Of a DNA stretch of 31,838 bases, positions 26,626 to 31,838 are shown in pieces. Under the pieces are notes generated by a model. It was not told the DNA's origin. It did not search any database and saw only the letters and a list, made by a program, of their open reading frames with translations. Location: assembly GCA_042218355.1 (NCBI GenBank), contig JBDGRG010000057.1, forward strand, positions 6,283 through 38,120. Direction: 5' to 3'. Each line of letters opens with the position of its first letter. Position 1 is the first letter of the stretch. This stretch comes from Bradymonadaceae bacterium. Its GTDB lineage: Bacteria; Myxococcota_A; Bradymonadia; Bradymonadales; Bradymonadaceae. The position numbers and the translations under genes were made by a program.

Positions 26626-27945
26626 CTACACCACCGGTATCGAGAAGAGATAGTACAGCAAAATCGTCAGCACGGCGGTGAACGGGATGGTGTAAATCCA
26701 GGATTTGACGATGTCCCAGATCAGCTCGAGGTTCAGAGCGTTCATCCCGCGGGCAAATCCGACGCCGATGACCGCCCCGACGATGGTGTGCGTGGTCGAC
26801 AGCGGGATGCCCGCCTTGGTGCCGACCATGATGGTCGTCGCCGCCCCGAACTCGGCGGCGAAGCCGCGGCTGGGCGTAATGTCGGTGATCTTCGACCCGA
26901 TCGTCTCGATGACGCGGTAACCGTAGGTCGCCAGCCCGATCACGATGCCCAGCCCCCCCAGTACCAGGATCCACGTCGGGACGGGGACCTGCGAGCCCAG
27001 CTGGGCCCCCGACCAGCTGGTGCCGTCGTACAAGTTCACGATCGCCGCGAGCGGGCCGATCGAATTTGCGACGTCGTTCGATCCGTGCGCGAAGGCGACG
27101 AAACAGGCGGTGATGACCTGGAGGTAGCGAAAGACGCGCTCGACCTCGCGGACTTCGACCGCCTCACCGTCGTCGTCGATCGACGTGTCCCGCCCGGCGC
27201 GCCCCTCCGACAGATCGACGTTCTGGAGGATGAACCAGACGATCGCCGAGGCGATCGTCGCCCCGACGGCGGACAGGCCGACCATCTCGACCAGACCGAT
27301 TCCGTACTCCTGCAGGGGCACGTTCGACAGGCCCTTGAAGAACGTCACCAGCCACAGCACCAGGAAGACGGGGAACGCCAGCACGGGGGAGTACCGCTTG
27401 GTGGCCTCGACCGGATCGTCGGCGTCGAAGATCAGCCGCCGGATCGCACTGAACGAGAAGAAGGCGAGTAACCCACCCAGAACGGGACTGAACCCCCAGC
27501 TGAGCACGATCTTGACGATCACCCACCAGTTGACGTTGGCGAACCCGACCGAGACGACCCCGAAGCCGGTCACCGCTCCGACGATGCTGTGGGTCGTCGA
27601 GACCGGCCACCCCAGGAAGGCAGCGATGTGAATCCAGACCGCCGCCGCGACCAGCGCGGACATCATCCCGATCGCGAACAGTTCGGCCCCGGCACCGTGC
27701 GGGAAGAGCTGGGCGCTCTGGAACAGCGTCGGGTCCATGATCCCGTCGCGGATCGTATTCGTCACGTCCCCCCCGGCGACGACCGCCCCGCCGAACTCGA
27801 AGATCGCGGCGATGATCACCGCTTCCTTGAAGGTCACCGCCTTGGAGCCGACGCTGGTCCCCATGGCGTTGGCCGCATCGTTCGACCCGATGCTCCACGC
27901 CATGTAGAACCCGAAGGCCAGGGCGACGTACAGAACGTAATCCAC
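26626..27945 (-). CDS. Inorganic phosphate transporter, PiT family
   Basis: Both PiT signatures present: IGSNDAANAMGTSVG and FAHGSNDVANSIG; also PVSTTHSIVG and PLSTTHTIVG. Confidence 0.95.
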   Translation of the reverse strand: MDYVLYVALAFGFYMAWSIGSNDAANAMGTSVGSKAVTFKEAVIIAAIFEFGGAVVAGGDVTNTIRDGIMDPTLFQSAQLFPHGAGAELFAIGMMSALVAAAVWIHIAAFLGWPVSTTHSIVGAVTGFGVVSVGFANVNWWVIVKIVLSWGFSPVLGGLLAFFSFSAIRRLIFDADDPVEATKRYSPVLAFPVFLVLWLVTFFKGLSNVPLQEYGIGLVEMVGLSAVGATIASAIVWFILQNVDLSEGRAGRDTSIDDDGEAVEVREVERVFRYLQVITACFVAFAHGSNDVANSIGPLAAIVNLYDGTSWSGAQLGSQVPVPTWILVLGGLGIVIGLATYGYRVIETIGSKITDITPSRGFAAEFGAATTIMVGTKAGIPLSTTHTIVGAVIGVGFARGMNALNLELIWDIVKSWIYTIPFTAVLTILLYYLFSIPVV

Positions 27946-28077
27946 CGGTGCCTACTCCGCGTCGAGTTCGCTTTTCTCGGGCGTTCGAGAGTCGAATCGG
28001 TCTCCGCGGCCGTCCCGGGGACGAAACCCGACCGGCCCGCGGACAGTAAGGGCCGCCCGTCCGACGACCCGGTCGAA

Positions 28078-28758
28078 CTACGCCTCCGCCATGAACAGGC
28101 GGAGCCGATTCCCCACCTTTTCGGAACGGTTCGCGATATCCCCCACTTTGTTGATGATCTTGTTCCAGAGAAACAGGCTGCCCGGCCGCAGCTCGTCCTC
28201 CAGCGAGAAGAGCGTCCTCGCCAGCTCGTCCTGAACTTTGTCGGCCTCGTGCTCGAGGCGATTCAATTCGTCGATCATGTCCCGGACCCGCTCGGCCTCG
28301 GGGCCCGAGAACCCGACCTCGACCAGCACGTCGAGCTCACCGACCACTTCCGAGGACTGGTCGACGACCTTGACCACGCGACGCAGGAGCTTCCGCACCG
28401 GCGCCTCCATCTCCTCGTGGGCCTCGAGTTCGCGCAGCGTCAACAGCTGGCCCACGTCCTCGGAGTAATCGGCGACCGCGTCGAGCAGCGAGATGATCTC
28501 GAGGAGATCCCGGCGATCGACGGGCAGAAAGATCGTCTTGGGGAGACGATCGCGGATCTTGTCCTTCGCGACGTCGGCCTCGTGTTCGAGGTGGCTGATC
28601 TCTTCAGCCGTCGCCCGAACTTTCGTGTAATCACCATCGAACAGCGCATCGAACAGCTCGGGTACGTGCTCGGCGCATTCCTGGACCTTTTCGGCCAGTT
28701 CCTGGAGCGGGACGAAGGGACTCTCGGCGAACAGCCCAAAGATCGAGCGAACCATCAT
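28078..28758 (-). CDS. DUF47 / PhoU-like phosphate transport regulator
   Basis: IFGLFAESPF, LEHEAD, LPKTIFLPVDRRDLL, EHEADKVQ, IANRSEKVGNRLRL; directly upstream of the PiT gene. Start moved to ATG 28758 after GGGAAGG, giving 226 aa. Confidence 0.9.
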   Translation of the reverse strand: MMVRSIFGLFAESPFVPLQELAEKVQECAEHVPELFDALFDGDYTKVRATAEEISHLEHEADVAKDKIRDRLPKTIFLPVDRRDLLEIISLLDAVADYSEDVGQLLTLRELEAHEEMEAPVRKLLRRVVKVVDQSSEVVGELDVLVEVGFSGPEAERVRDMIDELNRLEHEADKVQDELARTLFSLEDELRPGSLFLWNKIINKVGDIANRSEKVGNRLRLFMAEA

Positions 28759-28968
28759 CAGCCTTCCCGGCTCGTGGGAGCTTGCGAAGTCGCTCGGACG
28801 GCAGCTACAAAAATCGACATCGATCACGAACGTGCTGACGCGAAGCCCGTCGGCCGTCCGTGGCGTCCGCACTCGCTCCGCCGGGTCGGAGGGGCCGGTC
28901 CGACGGCCCGAAATCGAACACCCGACGCGGCGCGCAACTTATTCGATGGACCGCACCTGTCAACCGCT

Positions 28969-30723
28969 ATGATGCGCTCCCCTCTTCGCGCCTTCCGCAG
29001 CCCGTCACTCGCTTCTGTCGCGATGATCGCCGCGCTCATCGCACCGGCGATCCCGCAGCTCGGGACGACCGCCGAGCTGCCCGACTCCTCGCCGACGGTC
29101 ACGACCGACGCCGGCATCGTCGCCGCCGACCACCCGATCGCCTCGAAGATCGGAGCCCGGGTGCTCGCCGACGGCGGCACCGCCATGGACGCCGGGATCG
29201 CCACCCTCCTGGCACTCGGGGTCGTCAATCCCTTCTCCTCGGGACTGGGCGGGGGCGGATTCTGTCTCTACCGGCCCTCGTCGTCCGGGCGCGTGACCGT
29301 CTTCGACTTCCGCGAGGTCGCCCCGATGAAGGCGACTCGAGACATGTACGTCGTCGACGGAGAGGTGAAGCAGAAGTGGATGCTTCGAGGTGGAAAGGCG
29401 GTCGGCGTCCCCGGCGAACCGGCGGGCCTGTGGGCGATGGCCCACCACTTCGGTTCGCTGGACTGGAAGCGACTCGTCGAACCGGCACACCGGCTGGCCG
29501 AGGAGGGCCATCGGGTCACGTCGCTGCTGGTCGAACGGCTGAAGAACAACGCCGAGAAGCTGAACGAACGACCGACACTCGCCGGCGTCTTTCAAGAGGA
29601 GGATGGCAGCTGGGTCGACGAAGGAGATACGCTGACCCGTCCCGCACTGGCACGCTCGCTGAATCGGCTCCGGAACGAGGGGTCGGCCCCGTTCTACCAC
29701 GGCGAGATCGCTTCGGCGATCGTCGACGCCGTGAACCGCGCGGGCGGAATCTTTCAGCGCAAAGATCTCCGCCGGTACGCAATCGCCACGCGCGAGCCGA
29801 TCTCCGGCACGTACCGAGGCTATCAGGTCTACGGGATGCCCCCCTCGTCGTCCGGCGGCACGACCCTCGTGGAGACGCTGAACATCCTCGAGGGATACGA
29901 CCTCACCTCCTATGGACGCACGCCGAAGGGCATCCACCTGATCGTCGAGGCCCTCAAACACGCCTTCGCCGATCGCGCCGCCTACCTGGGGGACACCGAC
30001 TTCGCCGAGGTCCCGCTCGACCGACTGACGTCGCAGTCGTACGCCGACAAACTGCGGGCTCAGATCAAACCGGCATCGGTACTCGCACCGAAGTCGTACG
30101 GCACCAAGGCCCCGCTGCCCGACGATCACGGCACCACGCACGTCAGCGTCGTCGACGCCGAACGAAACATGCTCGCCTGCACCTCGACGATCAATCTGAG
30201 TTTCGGCTCGATGGTCTTCGTCCCGGAATGGGGACTGATTCTGAACGACGAGATGGGCGACTTCACCGCCCAGCCCGGCGTCGCCAACAACTACGGGCTG
30301 GTCGGTACGGAGAAGAATGCGGTCGCCCCTCGCAAACGACCGCTCAGCTCGATGAGTCCCACCCTGATCCTCGATCCGGAGGGACGGCCCTACATGGCGA
30401 TCGGAGCCAGCGGCGGGCCGGCGATCATCACCGGCACGCTGTTCGGCTTCCTGAACACCGTCGAGTTCGGCATGTCCCCCTCCGAGGCCATCGCCGCTCC
30501 CCGGATCCATCACCAGTGGATGCCCTACAAACTCTTCATGGAGGCTCCAGCCGGCATGCGATCGGAACTGGAGCAGATGGGGCACGAGATCGAGGTACGC
30601 CCGGCCTGGAGCAACGTCCAGATGGTGGTCCGGAGCGACGACTCGACGTGGACCGGCGTCTCCGATCCCCGAAAGGGAGGACGCCCCGCGGCGAGCGACC
30701 GACAGTCCCCCGGGTCCGAGTGA
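28969..30723 (+). CDS. ggt: Gamma-glutamyltransferase (glutathione hydrolase), signal peptide-bearing
   Basis: SSGLGGGGF, FDFREVAP, AVGVPGEPAGL, ALKHAFADRA, catalytic GTTHVSVVD, LNDEMGDF, PLSSMSPT, GASGG. True start is ATG 28969 or 28972 inside the long track ORF 27589..30723. Confidence 0.95.
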   Translation: MMRSPLRAFRSPSLASVAMIAALIAPAIPQLGTTAELPDSSPTVTTDAGIVAADHPIASKIGARVLADGGTAMDAGIATLLALGVVNPFSSGLGGGGFCLYRPSSSGRVTVFDFREVAPMKATRDMYVVDGEVKQKWMLRGGKAVGVPGEPAGLWAMAHHFGSLDWKRLVEPAHRLAEEGHRVTSLLVERLKNNAEKLNERPTLAGVFQEEDGSWVDEGDTLTRPALARSLNRLRNEGSAPFYHGEIASAIVDAVNRAGGIFQRKDLRRYAIATREPISGTYRGYQVYGMPPSSSGGTTLVETLNILEGYDLTSYGRTPKGIHLIVEALKHAFADRAAYLGDTDFAEVPLDRLTSQSYADKLRAQIKPASVLAPKSYGTKAPLPDDHGTTHVSVVDAERNMLACTSTINLSFGSMVFVPEWGLILNDEMGDFTAQPGVANNYGLVGTEKNAVAPRKRPLSSMSPTLILDPEGRPYMAIGASGGPAIITGTLFGFLNTVEFGMSPSEAIAAPRIHHQWMPYKLFMEAPAGMRSELEQMGHEIEVRPAWSNVQMVVRSDDSTWTGVSDPRKGGRPAASDRQSPGSE

Positions 30724-30814
30724 TCCTTTCGGGAGCGGCGACCACACGCCCGCCCCGACCTTAGGCACGTCCTATACCCCCTATCGCGACGCCCCTCGCC
30801 TGCCGTGTGCTGGT

Positions 30815-30843
30815 TTGACACCAACCCCCCGGTCGCATACGGT
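30815..30843 (+). promoter_or_regulatory. Sigma70-type promoter, TTGACA-N17-TACGGT
   Basis: Perfect -35 at 30815-30820, 17-nt spacer, TAnnnT -10 at 30838-30843. No convincing plus-strand CDS follows. Confidence 0.5.
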
Positions 30844-30849
30844 GCAAAG

Positions 30850-31226
30850 TGCGGTTCGGCATCCTGGGCATTTAAGTAGCAACGGCACTATTTCAGTCAC
30901 ACTGGAAAAGAGCCGGGGCGAGCCGACGCCGATTCCAGTCGCGGTGTCAAATTCTGCCGTCACTGGAGGGATGGAGCCGACATAGAGGCTCGGCCCTCAC
31001 AATTCAGCTTGACTTTTGAAGTGGCGCTGGAATAAACGGAGGCAGCCGAGACATCAGTGTAGTACACGCGGACGGTGACTCTGGGGACGAGTCGACATGG
31101 AGGAATAACCTCCAGTGTGCGAGGTGGGTCGTGTCCATCCTATTCTCACTTCATGATTTCTTTCCCCAACCTCTTTCCTCCCACTCCTTTCACTATTTCC
31201 CACCGACCTCACTTCGCACACTGGAG
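30850..31226 (+). ncRNA. Candidate structured non-coding RNA (unassigned family)
   Basis: Lies downstream of the promoter in a gap between convergent genes; several hairpins and a long imperfect inverted repeat. No match by eye to tmRNA, RNase P, SRP or tRNA. Confidence 0.3.
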
Positions 31227-31227
31227 A

Positions 31228-31838
31228 TCATTCCGACGAACCGCTCGAATCGGAGTCGCCCTCGACGAAACGCCCGTGCAATCGACGCGTCGCTTCGGCG
31301 CTCTCCCCCTCCGGAACGACCCACGAGAGTCTGGCGGCCTCCACGCCGACGGCGATCGGTGAAAGCCCCCCCTCTTTCAGGACGCGCTGACCCTCCAGCG
31401 TCCACTCCGACCGACGACCGATGCCCTGCCCCACGACACTGACCAACCCCGCCCGCCCGACCGACGTTCCCGATTCGTCCAGCCTTCGCCGGATCGTCTC
31501 CGGGGCGTAGACCTCCTCCAGATCGACGAAGACCTCCGCCTCGTCCGGCGGCGACCAGTTACAGAGCGACAGCTCCCGATCGCGTACGTCGTCCAGGAGA
31601 TCGCGTCCGCCATCGTCGGCGTATGCGTACAGGCCCTCGTCGAGATGTGTCACCGCGACGGCGGGAAGCCCGCGTTCGGCCCGCTCGACGCGCCGTTCGA
31701 AGGCCTCGGAGCGGACGACGGTCTGACCGTCCCCCTCGCCGTGGGCCTCGCGGGTGTACAGCGCGATGTCGGCTCGACGCGCGTACTCGACCGCCTCCTC
31801 GTTCAGTACCCGCGCCCCCGATCGGGCCATCTCGAGCA
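31228..31838 (-). CDS. lysC: Aspartate kinase, C-terminal part with ACT-like region (partial; 5' end is off the window)
   Basis: (L)EMARSGARVLNEEAVEYARR matches the aspartokinase E(M/L)A..GA.VL motif; VSVVGQGIG and RLSWVVPE...EATRRLHGRF match the C-terminal ACT domain. Confidence 0.8.
   Translation of the reverse strand, partial: LEMARSGARVLNEEAVEYARRADIALYTREAHGEGDGQTVVRSEAFERRVERAERGLPAVAVTHLDEGLYAYADDGGRDLLDDVRDRELSLCNWSPPDEAEVFVDLEEVYAPETIRRRLDESGTSVGRAGLVSVVGQGIGRRSEWTLEGQRVLKEGGLSPIAVGVEAARLSWVVPEGESAEATRRLHGRFVEGDSDSSGSSE

Noticed and set aside
27589-28968. N-terminal 460 codons of the 1044-aa ORF, suggesting a GGT fusion
   Set aside because: This part is antisense to the PiT and DUF47 genes. 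GGT begins with a signal-peptide-like segment at 28969.
31054-31098. 14-codon minus-strand mini-ORF MSTRPQSHRPRVLH after a GGAGG
   Set aside because: Too short to support, and the SD-like sequence is locked in a hairpin. No evidence of coding.
30850-31226. tmRNA, RNase P RNA, SRP RNA, tRNA or lysine riboswitch
   Set aside because: I recognised none of their signature sequences. The region is downstream of lysC, so it cannot be its leader riboswitch.

Overview
A high-GC bacterial chromosome segment. The gene set and the acidic, Lys-poor proteins suggest a halophilic deltaproteobacterium (Myxococcota/Bradymonadia-like); this is inference only. Housekeeping genes: lgt, galU, cdsA, rseP, tsaB, recG, a DUF47-PiT phosphate transporter pair, ggt and the 3' part of an aspartokinase gene. 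Between them sits a minus-strand accessory block (about 3.0-17.6 kb). In order it encodes an EAL phosphodiesterase with a degenerate GGDEF domain, a pseudokinase/AAA-ATPase/helical-repeat protein, a stand-alone fully reducing type I PKS (KS-AT-DH-ER-KR-ACP) resembling mycocerosic acid synthase, an enhancer-binding protein with GAFAGA instead of GAFTGA, and an orphan GvpL/GvpF-like gene. The intergenic DNA contains a 50-bp palindromic direct-repeat pair, a triple-palindrome element, heptamer and octamer tandem arrays, and a structured 500-bp gap between convergent ggt and lysC with a good sigma70-like promoter (candidate sRNA). I found no rRNA, tRNA, CRISPR array or transposase. All family assignments come from motif recognition by eye, without database searches.
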